In this document: positions 48,565 to 57,626 of the stretch, piece after piece
Layout: every line of letters starts with the position of its first letter
Numbering within the stretch: position 1 is the first letter of the stretch
Assembly: GCA_051859245.1 (NCBI GenBank)
Contig: JBHYGA010000008.1
Coordinates: 47,179 to 111,178, forward strand
Reading direction: 5' to 3'
Source: Gemmatimonadaceae bacterium
Lineage (GTDB): Bacteria > Gemmatimonadota > Gemmatimonadetes > Gemmatimonadales > Gemmatimonadaceae
Length of the DNA: 64,000 nt
The notes under the pieces: model-generated
What the model saw: the letters and a program-made list of their open reading frames with translations, nothing else
Databases searched by the model: none
What the model was told of the DNA's origin: nothing
Program-made: the position numbers and the translations under genes

Positions 48565-49256
48565 GCGGACGTGGGCGCATGCGACGGCGTCGCGCCGCGC
48601 AATGTCATTCCAGCGTCGACGGCTGCACGCAGCGTGCGCGCCGCCAGCTCTGGATCAGGCTGCGACAACACCGCGCGAATCACCGACACGCCATCAAATC
48701 CGGCCGCCACAATGGGTGCGGCGTTGTCACTATCGATGCCACCAATGGCAACCGCCGGCCGCAACGCGGCGTGTGCCAATGCGGAGGCACCGGCAAGCCC
48801 CAATCCGTCGCCCGCGTCACTCTTGCTTGGCGTGTCAAAAATCGGGCCAACACCGACGTAATCGGCATCATCAAGCTCGGGTAACTCCGCCGCGTTGCCG
48901 AGCGACGCACCGAGCAAAAAGTTTGGCGGCACGATGGTGCGTGCCAGCAGGATCGGCACGTCCTGCATCCCCAGATGCGCGCCCGCGGCATCGGCGAGCA
49001 CCGCAATATCCACGCGATCATTCACGAGGACGGGAATGTGTAACGCACCCACCAGCGATCGTGTCACGCGCAGCAGCTCGCGCGACGTGGCCTGCTTGAG
49101 TCGCACCTGCAGCATCGTCACACCACCACGTTCCGCCGCGATGGCTCGTGCGACCAGTCCATCAATGCCGTCGTGCAGGTTGTCGGTGATGGCAACAACG
49201 GCCAACGCTTCGCGCACGCGATCAGGTGTCCACAACGATGCGTTGCGTCCACGCAT
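48561..49256 (-). CDS. thiE: Thiamine phosphate synthase
   Basis: QVRLK, VNDRVD, HLGMQD, GPIFDTPSK, AIGGI. Confidence 0.93.
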   Translation of the reverse strand: MRGRNASLWTPDRVREALAVVAITDNLHDGIDGLVARAIAAERGGVTMLQVRLKQATSRELLRVTRSLVGALHIPVLVNDRVDIAVLADAAGAHLGMQDVPILLARTIVPPNFLLGASLGNAAELPELDDADYVGVGPIFDTPSKSDAGDGLGLAGASALAHAALRPAVAIGGIDSDNAAPIVAAGFDGVSVIRAVLSQPDPELAARTLRAAVDAGMTLRGATPSHAPTSA

Positions 49257-50308
49257 TACTGCGAGCCACCGTTGCCGCGGGGTTCCGAGCTGTTGGCGCG
49301 CCGGCGTGCTTCACGTCGCACCATCGCGATCGCCTGCTGATGTTCGGCAAAGGTGGTGCGAAACTCATGATGCCCATCGGGATGCGCCACGAAGTACAGA
49401 TACGGCACATCCACGGGATAAAGCGCGGCTTCAATGCTGGCCGCACCAGGCGACGCGATTGGTCCGGGCGGCAGGCCGTCATTGCGATACGTGTTGTACG
49501 GCGAGTCCACTTCGAGATGCACGAACAACACGCGGTCCACATGCTCCGGCAGCGCGTATTGCACCGTGGGATCGGCCTGCAGCCGCATGCCGCGCTTGAC
49601 ACGATTCCAGTACACGGCCGCAATCATCGGACGTTCCGCAGCCACCCGTGCTTCTTTCTCCACCAGCGCCGCCATAGTCATTGCTTCGTGTCGCGTAATG
49701 CCGAGAGAGTCGACGCGTGCGTTCCATTCAGGACGCCACACATCATCAAACCGCTCCAGCATGGCTTGCACGGCGCGCCGCGCACTGGTCTTTGCCGGAA
49801 ACGTGTACGTATCCGGGAAGAGATACCCTTCAAGTGTCGCGGCTGTCACAGATCGCTCGGCGCGCCACGCGGAATCACTCGCGGCCGCACGCACCGAATC
49901 TTCTGGTACCTGCAGCACACGCGCGAGCCGAGGGGCGATCTGTCGCAGATCAAACCCCTCGGGGATGGTGACGGATACAAGCTGTCCCTCGCCGCGCACG
50001 AGCGCGTCGAGAATGTCACTCCACGATTGCCCGGGATGCAGCGCGTACGTGCCTGCCTGAATCGCGCGATCACGATTCCCCACGGATGCGTACCAACGGA
50101 ACAAGCGCGCGGAGCGAATGACTCCCGTGCGTTCCAGCGAATCGGCGGCCGAGCGCAGCGATGCGCCGTTTGGCACGATCACTTGCACTGGTGCACCGGC
50201 GGCCGAGCCGCCACACGCACCAACGCTGGCCACCACGCCCGTGCCAATCAGTACGAAGGCAATCGCACTCACGGAGACCGCGCGCCGGAACACGGAGCGT
50301 CGTGCCAT
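49256..50308 (-). CDS. mltG: Endolytic transglycosylase MltG
   Basis: TIPEG, LEGYLFPDTY, VEKE, LQADPT, SPYNTY. Confidence 0.95.
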   Translation of the reverse strand: MARRSVFRRAVSVSAIAFVLIGTGVVASVGACGGSAAGAPVQVIVPNGASLRSAADSLERTGVIRSARLFRWYASVGNRDRAIQAGTYALHPGQSWSDILDALVRGEGQLVSVTIPEGFDLRQIAPRLARVLQVPEDSVRAAASDSAWRAERSVTAATLEGYLFPDTYTFPAKTSARRAVQAMLERFDDVWRPEWNARVDSLGITRHEAMTMAALVEKEARVAAERPMIAAVYWNRVKRGMRLQADPTVQYALPEHVDRVLFVHLEVDSPYNTYRNDGLPPGPIASPGAASIEAALYPVDVPYLYFVAHPDGHHEFRTTFAEHQQAIAMVRREARRRANSSEPRGNGGSQ

Positions 50309-50781
50309 CAGTTGTTGGCCTCCGCCGGAAGTGGTGTCACGCTTTCGCCGAGTGTTACGCCGCCACGTTGTGCGTTGAGTACCTGCTCGAGCAGAATCGC
50401 GGCTGCGAGCGCGTCGACGTCACCCTTGCGACCGCGCGTACTGCCGCCCTGTTCGCGCACGGTGCGCAGCGCGGCGGCGGTGGTGAAGCGCTCGTCAACA
50501 AGACGCACCGGACGCGAGGTGCGTGCCGCAAGACGCGCGGCGACCTCGCGCACTTCGACCGAGCGAGGGGTTTCGTTGCCGTCACCATCGATGGGCAATC
50601 CAAACACAATTGCCTCCACGCCGAGTGCGTCCGCGTGACGCAGCACTTCAGCGATTGGTGGTCGTTTGCCAGCCCGACGCATGATCACACCCGCGGGTGA
50701 GGCGAGCAGACCGAGCTCGTCGCTCACCGCCAGACCAATGCGTCGGTCGCCCCAGTCTACTGCCAATATTCGAACCGACAT
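50308..50781 (-). CDS. ruvX: YqgF/RuvX family protein
   Basis: AVDWGDRRIGLAVSD, VDERFTT, VDALAAAILLE. Confidence 0.94.
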   Translation of the reverse strand: MSVRILAVDWGDRRIGLAVSDELGLLASPAGVIMRRAGKRPPIAEVLRHADALGVEAIVFGLPIDGDGNETPRSVEVREVAARLAARTSRPVRLVDERFTTAAALRTVREQGGSTRGRKGDVDALAAAILLEQVLNAQRGGVTLGESVTPLPAEANN

Positions 50782-50845
50782 GCGATGTGCTACTCAGCGT
50801 AGGAAGTCGCACGCGCTCGTGCGACCGAAATCACAAACACGCGCC

Positions 50846-52099
50846 TCACGGCTCATGCATGCGTTCGAAGAACTCCTGATTCGTGGCTGTGCGCTCCATG
50901 CGCTTGAGCAAGAAAAGCATCGCTTCATCACTCGGCATTTCACTCACAAACGATCGCAACAGATAAATGCGTTGCTGTTCGAACGGTGTCAGCAGCAGTT
51001 CTTCACGCCGCGTGCCCGACTTGTTCACGTCGATGGCCGGGAAGATACGCTTGTCGGCAATTTTGCGTTCGAGCACGAGCTCCATGTTACCGGTGCCCTT
51101 GAACTCTTCGAAGATCACATCGTCCATGCGCGATCCCGTTTCGATCAGTGCGGTCGCGAGAATGGTGAGTGACCCACCTTCGGCGACATTGCGCGCTGAG
51201 CCAAAGAACCGTTTGGGTTTCTGCAACGCCTGGGCTTCTACACCGCCGGACATGATTTTGCCGCCGGAGGGTGCAATCGCGTTGTGTGCGCGTCCGAGAC
51301 GAGTGATCGAGTCCAGGAGAATCACCACATCCCGGCCGCTTTCGACCAACCGCTTGGCCTTCTCAATGACCATGTCCGCCACCTGTACATGACGGTCGGG
51401 CTGTTCGTCGAACGTGGAGCTGATCACTTCCGCCGATGGCACGCTGCGCTGCATGTCGGTGACTTCTTCCGGCCGTTCATCGATGAGCAGAATGATGAGC
51501 GTGATTTCCGGATGATTCGCCGCGATGGCATTCGCGAACTGTTGCAGCAGAATTGTTTTGCCGGCTTTGGGCGGGGCCACGATCAGACCGCGCTGCCCTT
51601 TGCCAAGCGGCGCAATGATGTCACACAGTCGACAGGCAACATCTCCGCCCGGATGTTCGAGGCGAATGCGTTGATCGGGATAGCGGGGGGACAGGTTGTC
51701 GAAGGAGATCCGCTGCTTCGCCTTCTCAGGATCAAGACCGTTAATACGTTCCACCTTCAGCAACGCCAGGTACCGCTCTCCTTCTTTCGGCGGGCGCACT
51801 TCGCCCATGACCGTGTCGCCCTTGCGGAGATCGAACCGCTTGACTTGCGACGGAGAGACATAGATGTCGTCAGGGCCGTACAGGTAGTTGAAATCCTGCG
51901 CGCGCAGAAATCCGTACCCTTCGGGCAGGACTTCGAGCACACCTTCCCCGTACAACGTGGTCTCCGCATCGAGCAGCGCTTGCTCGATGCGGAAAATGAG
52001 GTCCTGCTTTCGCAGGCCTGACGTGTTGGTTACGTGAAGCGATGCAGCGAGAGCCTGGAGCTCCTGCACCGACATACGCTTCAATTCGGCGACGTGCAC
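50846..52099 (-). CDS. rho: Transcription termination factor Rho
   Basis: [29 protein letters not shown]. Confidence 0.98.
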   Translation of the reverse strand: MHVAELKRMSVQELQALAASLHVTNTSGLRKQDLIFRIEQALLDAETTLYGEGVLEVLPEGYGFLRAQDFNYLYGPDDIYVSPSQVKRFDLRKGDTVMGEVRPPKEGERYLALLKVERINGLDPEKAKQRISFDNLSPRYPDQRIRLEHPGGDVACRLCDIIAPLGKGQRGLIVAPPKAGKTILLQQFANAIAANHPEITLIILLIDERPEEVTDMQRSVPSAEVISSTFDEQPDRHVQVADMVIEKAKRLVESGRDVVILLDSITRLGRAHNAIAPSGGKIMSGGVEAQALQKPKRFFGSARNVAEGGSLTILATALIETGSRMDDVIFEEFKGTGNMELVLERKIADKRIFPAIDVNKSGTRREELLLTPFEQQRIYLLRSFVSEMPSDEAMLFLLKRMERTATNQEFFERMHEP

Positions 52100-52192
52100 G
52101 CAGCGCGACGGGATAAGGGTGGGCAGGCGAACGTATCTGCCACGCCCGTCCCGGTCAATGCCAGCACAACCGGAACATGAACAAAAGTGAAA

Positions 52193-52266
52193 TGCGCGCG
52201 GCAGGATTCGAACCTGCGACCTTCGCCTCCGGAGGGCGACGCTCTATCCAACTGAGCTACGCGCGC
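52193..52266 (-). tRNA. tRNA-Arg (CCG), CCA not encoded
   Basis: GCGCGCG acceptor stem, AGTTGGATA D-loop, TCGCC-CTCCGGA-GGCGA anticodon arm, GTTCGAATC. Confidence 0.96.
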
Positions 52267-52388
52267 AGTGTGGTAAGCCTAACGGCGCGGCCCCACTGCG
52301 AGCAAGCAGTTGACGCGAGGTAACGAGTGGCGACCGGCGTTGACGCGTGGTGACGCCAAGATGACGCCGGCTCGTATGCTGGGGCAGC

Positions 52389-53342
52389 TTGTCCACCCTA
52401 GCCCCTGATCGGATGCTCATAGAATTTGGCGTACCGCGCACCGCGCTCGCCGCTGTACGCGGTCTCCTTCCCGTTGGCGCCGAGCTGCATCACGCGGAGA
52501 GCATGCGCCGCCTTCGCTCGCTGGCGGGTCAAGCCAGCGGCGTGCTGGTCGGTTTCGAGGATCTCCCAACCGACGAGCTCATCGCGGACATGCAGCTGCT
52601 GCGGGTGCGGCATCCGTGGTTGCCAATCGTGGCCGCCGGCTCGGTCCCGATCTACGGTATCAGCTCCTTCAAGCGGCACGACCTGCTGCAGGCCGGCGTC
52701 GATCGCGTCATGTCCTTTACCGCGCCAACGCGGGCCGATCGCGCGCTGCGGGAAAGCTGGCGTCACTCGCCGCTCCAGCGACTCGCGGCCGTGGTGTATC
52801 ACGCGGAGCACGTCCCGGAGAACATTCGCGAGTTGATGGTCAAAGCGATTGCCGCGCAGGTGCCGGTCGCGAACGTAGCCGAACTCGCCAAGATCGGTGG
52901 AATGCATCGGGCGTCGCTCTGGAAGTCGTGGGCCCGTTCATCGCGACCCTTGCCCACGGCCGGCGCGTTTATTGACTGGCTGCAACTCCTGCACGTGGCG
53001 GTACGCAAAGACACCGGTCGCACCTGGCGGGGGGTGGCCAGCGAACTCGGCGTTCGTCATTCCTCCATTTCGCGCATGGGTAAGCGCGTATTGGGACACA
53101 CGCTCTCCGAGTATGACGAACGTGTGCGGCGTCGAATCTTTGATCGGTTTCTCCGCGACGCGGTTGGCTTCACGCAGCTGGAAATCCGAACGCACGCGCT
53201 CGTGGCCCCACCCTTGGTGGACGACGCCGGCGTGCCTGCCGCTCCGGTCCCTGATCCGCCGCCTCGCGATCCGGCGGTCGAGGCCGCCATTCGGGCCGAA
53301 CAGCGTGAGTACTACGGCATCGGGCGCATGTGGGCGATGTAG
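52389..53342 (+). CDS. AraC-like regulator with receiver-like N-terminal domain (start uncertain)
   Basis: Two HTHs: VAELAKIGGMHRASLWK and WRGVASELGVRHSSISR. Confidence 0.7.
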   Translation: MSTLAPDRMLIEFGVPRTALAAVRGLLPVGAELHHAESMRRLRSLAGQASGVLVGFEDLPTDELIADMQLLRVRHPWLPIVAAGSVPIYGISSFKRHDLLQAGVDRVMSFTAPTRADRALRESWRHSPLQRLAAVVYHAEHVPENIRELMVKAIAAQVPVANVAELAKIGGMHRASLWKSWARSSRPLPTAGAFIDWLQLLHVAVRKDTGRTWRGVASELGVRHSSISRMGKRVLGHTLSEYDERVRRRIFDRFLRDAVGFTQLEIRTHALVAPPLVDDAGVPAAPVPDPPPRDPAVEAAIRAEQREYYGIGRMWAM

Positions 53343-53370
53343 CGCGCCCACACGAAGTCCCACGCCCGTG

Positions 53371-54207
53371 TCAGTCGGCGGCGGCCACGCTGCCCTGCGC
53401 CGAAAAATGCACCATGGGCGTGGGCGAGGCGGCGCCGAACTCGCGGCGAAAGGTCTGGAGTGACTCTTCATACGCGCCTTCATGGCGCAACTGACGTACA
53501 CCCTTGCCGAGGTAGCGCTTGAGTAGCGAACCCAGGCTTCGCCACGACGGCACATCGAGCTGCGACGCGACCAGCGACAGTGGTGCGCCGTCAAAACAAA
53601 TCTGATGCGCGGCATACAGCGCGCGACACCAGCTCACGAGCTCACTGGCCGGCGGACTGCCGGCCCCGCGAAGCCGGTTGTGCAATGTGCGTCGACTGAG
53701 ACCGAGCCCCGCCGAGATGGATAGCACATCCAGCGGTTCGCGCAGGTGACGACAGATGAACTGCACCGTGAGGCGAACCTCACGAGGCAACCCTTCACTC
53801 ATCGCATCCGCGAGTCGCGACGAGACGCCGCGCTGCTCGGCGTTCTGTAACACACGCTGCAGCACGCTTCGCGAGTCGTCGATGTCTCGCAGCAGGAGGT
53901 CCGCGAGATCGGCTTTGCCCGTTTGCAGAATGAAGCGGGACGTCAGGTTGCGCGGGTCGACGTAACCGATAATCGGGTGGTCCGGAAAGGCGTGGCGCAG
54001 CTGTTCCACCGCTGCGAACGCTTCCTTCTGCCGCGACGGCTCAAACAGCACGACGGTGGCGCAGATCCTGATCGAGGCCGAGAGGGCCTCGATAACATCG
54101 GTGCCCGAGTCGGCTCGCCAGAGTACCGCGAAGCCGCGAAACGCCTCGGATAGCCGGGCGTGGGCAATCCGATCAACAAAAAGAAGGGCCACACGGCGTT
54201 CAGCCAC
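53371..54207 (-). CDS. AraC-like regulator with receiver-like N-terminal domain
   Basis: ISAGLGLSRRTLHNRL, VASQLDVPSWRSLGSLLKRYLG. Confidence 0.8.
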   Translation of the reverse strand: MAERRVALLFVDRIAHARLSEAFRGFAVLWRADSGTDVIEALSASIRICATVVLFEPSRQKEAFAAVEQLRHAFPDHPIIGYVDPRNLTSRFILQTGKADLADLLLRDIDDSRSVLQRVLQNAEQRGVSSRLADAMSEGLPREVRLTVQFICRHLREPLDVLSISAGLGLSRRTLHNRLRGAGSPPASELVSWCRALYAAHQICFDGAPLSLVASQLDVPSWRSLGSLLKRYLGKGVRQLRHEGAYEESLQTFRREFGAASPTPMVHFSAQGSVAAAD

Positions 54208-54225
54208 GCGTGGCCCCAAAAGTCG

Positions 54226-54255
54226 TTGCCCGTGGAGTGCACCAATTGCCCGTGG
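54226..54255 (+). promoter_or_regulatory. Tandem direct-repeat operator TTGCCCGTGG-N10-TTGCCCGTGG
   Basis: Exact 10-mers at 54226 and 54246; same arrangement at 56131-56160. Confidence 0.7.
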
Positions 54256-54315
54256 CGAGCACCCGCTCCGGTTTGAGAAGGGCTACTAGTTCTTCAACCC
54301 TTACCGGAGTCGCAA

Positions 54316-54444
54316 ATGTCACGTTCGATCCGCCTCTTGGCCGTAGCCCTGATCAGCTCGTTCGCCCTCGCCGCCTGCACGGGTTCACCGACCGGCGTTG
54401 ACGATCCAAAGCAGTCGAGCTTTGACACGATGCCTTGGGTGTGA
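54316..54444 (+). CDS. 42-aa lipoprotein-type propeptide MSRSIRLLAVALISSFALAACTGSPTGVDDPKQSSFDTMPWV
   Basis: GGAG RBS at 54306-54309; basic N-terminus, hydrophobic core, lipobox LAAC; fills the gap between regulator and TPR gene. Confidence 0.8.
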   Translation: MSRSIRLLAVALISSFALAACTGSPTGVDDPKQSSFDTMPWV

Positions 54445-54462
54445 TGTAGAGGCGGGGTGGGC

Positions 54463-55668
54463 TCACGCTGCCACTGAGCACAAACGAGCCAACCCTGTTC
54501 GGGCAGCCTCCGGAAGAGTCTCCTCAGCCGGACTGTCAGTCTCCAGCGACGCCGTGACGAGTGGCTGGGTCGTAACCCGATCCAGCGCCTCCTCGGCTCT
54601 ATACGCAAGTTCGTGGAATTCATGCGTGCGCGCCAGTGCCAGTGCCTCGCGGCCGAATCGTTCGGCCGGTTCTGGCTCGCTCGCGGCGGTCCACCCTTGC
54701 GCCAGACCCAGCAGCCACTGGCAGTGCTCGAAGGGCACGGCCGTGCTGGTGTGTCGCTGTCCACGGGTCTCAAGTTGTTTTAACAGGTCACGACGTCCGG
54801 CGTCCCCGGCGGCGTGCGCTGCGGACGCCGCAATGCTGAGCCAGAGCCGAGCCGGCTTGGCGAGGCGCAGGGCGCCCTCAAAGCCGGCCACTGCCTGGTC
54901 CACAAAACGGGCTCGGTGGGCGACCGACGCAAGGTTGGACAGAATACCGGCCCGCTCGTCGTCGGTGGTGGCCAGGTCGTGTGCCCGCCATCCGTGCAAC
55001 AGCGCATCGGCCAGCGAGTTGGTGGCCAGCGCGTAGTTCATCAGCCCCCACCGTGCGGCACCCTCAAGGGCGGTGTTCAACGGCGCGACGGCGAGGGCCT
55101 GGGTAAAAAAACCAAGCTGCGCCGGGCGATTGCCTCGCATGATGGCGATGTTGCCCAAACCCGCCAACGCCAAGCCAGCTACCGCCGGATAGCCGCGCGA
55201 CGTGCCGTCTTCCACCACGTTGCGGTAAATCTCCTCGGCCGTTTCCACGTCGCCGAGCTGTCGCGCAATACGTGCCAGCTGATTGTTGGCACACATCGCA
55301 CTCACCGCGTCGAATCGCGCGACAATTCGCGCCGCCGCCGTCACCGTGGTGTAGGCCATTTCAAAACAGCCGTCGCGCTCCATTTCTTCCGCGGCCACGC
55401 GCAGCTGTTCGGACATGACCACGAACGGATTCGCCGATCGCGGATTGCCGTAGTCGATATGCGTGGGACGTCGCTCCGGATCCGGCAGGAGCGACTCGGG
55501 CGTGGTGCGAATGAATCCCAGTCGCGCTTCTGGTGGAAGCGACGCGATTCGATACGCCAGATGCGTGATCGAGAACCAGCCATGCGGCTGCGTAGGGTGC
55601 CCGAGCCAGCGGTCCCCTTCGCCCACATCGACCTGATACGCGTTCATCGGAATTAGCGGTTCACGCAT
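54463..55668 (-). CDS. Cytoplasmic TPR-repeat protein
   Basis: AAGGAG RBS; helical repeats LARIARQLGDVETA, GLGNIAIMRGN, ILSNLA, AERFGREALALA; no signal peptide. Confidence 0.8.
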   Translation of the reverse strand: MREPLIPMNAYQVDVGEGDRWLGHPTQPHGWFSITHLAYRIASLPPEARLGFIRTTPESLLPDPERRPTHIDYGNPRSANPFVVMSEQLRVAAEEMERDGCFEMAYTTVTAAARIVARFDAVSAMCANNQLARIARQLGDVETAEEIYRNVVEDGTSRGYPAVAGLALAGLGNIAIMRGNRPAQLGFFTQALAVAPLNTALEGAARWGLMNYALATNSLADALLHGWRAHDLATTDDERAGILSNLASVAHRARFVDQAVAGFEGALRLAKPARLWLSIAASAAHAAGDAGRRDLLKQLETRGQRHTSTAVPFEHCQWLLGLAQGWTAASEPEPAERFGREALALARTHEFHELAYRAEEALDRVTTQPLVTASLETDSPAEETLPEAARTGLARLCSVAA

Positions 55669-55704
55669 CATCACTCCTTCTTCGGCAGTGGCCGACGGTT
55701 TGGT

Positions 55705-56040
55705 TCACGACAGGTTCTTCGCGTCATTTGACGCTGGCGGCAATGACAACGGTGGGGGACTGCTGAGCAGATCACCGCGGCTACGCAATAGATGCGCAAC
55801 ACGCAGCGCATCGATCACACGTTCGACCTGACCTGGTCGATCGCTGAACGGGAGATTGCACAACGCGACCATGAATCGCATCCATGCGGCCTCGTACCCC
55901 GCACGAATGCGCGCGTTGACCTCGTCGGGGGCTGCATCGCGAACCGCAGTGGCCGCCGTCAACAACTCTCGTTCCGCCAACCACACTTCATAGTGCGATT
56001 GCGACTCGGGGTCGTTGATAGGGTCAGGCGGATCGCTCAT
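55705..56040 (-). CDS. Small helical hypothetical protein
   Basis: ATG ORF co-oriented 36 nt upstream of the TPR gene. Confidence 0.55.
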   Translation of the reverse strand: MSDPPDPINDPESQSHYEVWLAERELLTAATAVRDAAPDEVNARIRAGYEAAWMRFMVALCNLPFSDRPGQVERVIDALRVAHLLRSRGDLLSSPPPLSLPPASNDAKNLS

Positions 56041-56130
56041 GCACGCGTGAAAATGGTGAAGGTCCAAGGCAACGAATTGCACATTCTCCAACCACAAACA
56101 TGTGCGATTTCCGGCGAGGGCATGTGTACC

Positions 56131-56160
56131 CCACGGGCATTTTGTGTGCACCACGGGCAA
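56131..56160 (-). promoter_or_regulatory. Tandem operator TTGCCCGTGG-N10-ATGCCCGTGG
   Basis: Plus strand CCACGGGCAT (56131) and CCACGGGCAA (56151). Confidence 0.7.
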
Positions 56161-56422
56161 CTGATTTCATGCCACGAGCCGTTTCGCCCGTCGTATCGTT
56201 GGGCTCGCTTGGCAAATTTTGTGTATCACGACACACTTTGGGGTGAAGCCAATCGTGTACCCGCGCCGTATACTGGGGCAGCAGAGGCGATGGCGCCGCA
56301 AGCCGGCCCAGCAACCTTTTGCCGGTTTCGCGCCACCAATGGGCGACCCTTTTCTGCGTTCGCTTCTATCTCACCACGTCGCCGACAGCTCCGGTCGGTC
56401 CCGCCCTGTGACCCGATAGCGC

Positions 56423-57616
56423 ATGTCATCTCGTATCACTCGTCCATCAGTGCTCCTGCTGCTCGGTTGTGTTGCGTTCGCCTGTAAGGGCGACGGAGAC
56501 GACAGCGCCAATGGCGATTCCACTGCTGACAGCGCCTCCGTGGCCGATGCAGCCCCCGACGGTGACGCACCACGCGCTGGCGTGGCGCTTCCCGTTGTGG
56601 CCGAAGAAGCGCGCGAAGGTGATCTCGTATTGCGGGTTAACACGCGCGGCGATGTATACGGCGATGTGGTGGTCAAGCTTTCAGCAGATGTCAGCGGCCG
56701 CGTGGCGGAAGTGCTGGTGAAGGCCGGTTCGCGCGTGAGCAAAGGGCAGCCGCTGGTTCGACTGGCGCAGGAACCGTTCGATCTCGCGGTTCGTGAGGCG
56801 CAGTCGGCACTCGACGAACGTGAACAGGCATTTCGCGAATCCTTCATGCCGGAATCGTTGGTCACGGGTATTGGCCCCACGGGCGAGCAGCGCAAAGCAC
56901 TTCGCGTGCGCAGTGGCGCGGCGGCGGCCGAAATTCGGCTTGAGAAAGCGCAGTGGGAACGGAGTCGTTCGGTGATTGTGTCACCGGTGAACGGCTTTAT
57001 TGACCGGTTTGATCTTGCGGTTGGTGAGCAGCTTGGTGCGGGCACACCGTTTGCAACGGTGGTGGACGTTGGCGCGCTGCGTATCGAAGCGCGTGTGCTC
57101 GAAGACGATCTACCGCTCATTCGTGTGGGCGGTGAAGCTGTGGTGTCGATTCCCGCCGTGCCCGGGCGCGTGTTGCGAGGACGTATCGATGCGGTGTTGC
57201 CGCTGGTGGATAGTGTGCGGCGTACGGGGCGCGTGATTGTGCGCGTGCCCGGCGAGTCATCACTGCGTCCAGGCATGTACGCGGATGTGCAGTTGGAAGC
57301 ACAGCGTTTGCCGGGGCGCATCATGGTGCCGGCTAAAGCGGTTATTGAACGCGATGGTCGTCCGCTGGTGTTCGTGGTGCGCGAGGGGCGCGGTCAGTGG
57401 ACGTACATTCAACCTGGTCGCAGTAACGGCGTAGACACGGAAGTGCTGCCCGACTCGACCACGGGTGTCATTCCGATCAACAAGGGCGATCAGATTATTG
57501 TAGACGGGCACCTCACGCTCACGCACGACGCCGCGGTTACGGTGTCCTCGCTGCGTGAACGCGATGATGCACCAGCGCGGCGCACGCCGGCGTCGGTGCG
57601 CCGCGAAAACAACTAG
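56423..57616 (+). CDS. RND efflux periplasmic adaptor (lipoprotein)
   Basis: Lipobox AFAC; VSGRV..V..G..VSKGQPL lipoyl motif; LRPGMY. Confidence 0.92.
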   Translation: MSSRITRPSVLLLLGCVAFACKGDGDDSANGDSTADSASVADAAPDGDAPRAGVALPVVAEEAREGDLVLRVNTRGDVYGDVVVKLSADVSGRVAEVLVKAGSRVSKGQPLVRLAQEPFDLAVREAQSALDEREQAFRESFMPESLVTGIGPTGEQRKALRVRSGAAAAEIRLEKAQWERSRSVIVSPVNGFIDRFDLAVGEQLGAGTPFATVVDVGALRIEARVLEDDLPLIRVGGEAVVSIPAVPGRVLRGRIDAVLPLVDSVRRTGRVIVRVPGESSLRPGMYADVQLEAQRLPGRIMVPAKAVIERDGRPLVFVVREGRGQWTYIQPGRSNGVDTEVLPDSTTGVIPINKGDQIIVDGHLTLTHDAAVTVSSLRERDDAPARRTPASVRRENN

Positions 57617-57626
57617 GCCGAGACGC

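Noticed and set aside
52193..56400. tRNA-integrated island or prophage carrying the peptide cassette
   Set aside because: No integrase or duplicated tRNA end seen, and the cassette lies on the 5' side of the tRNA
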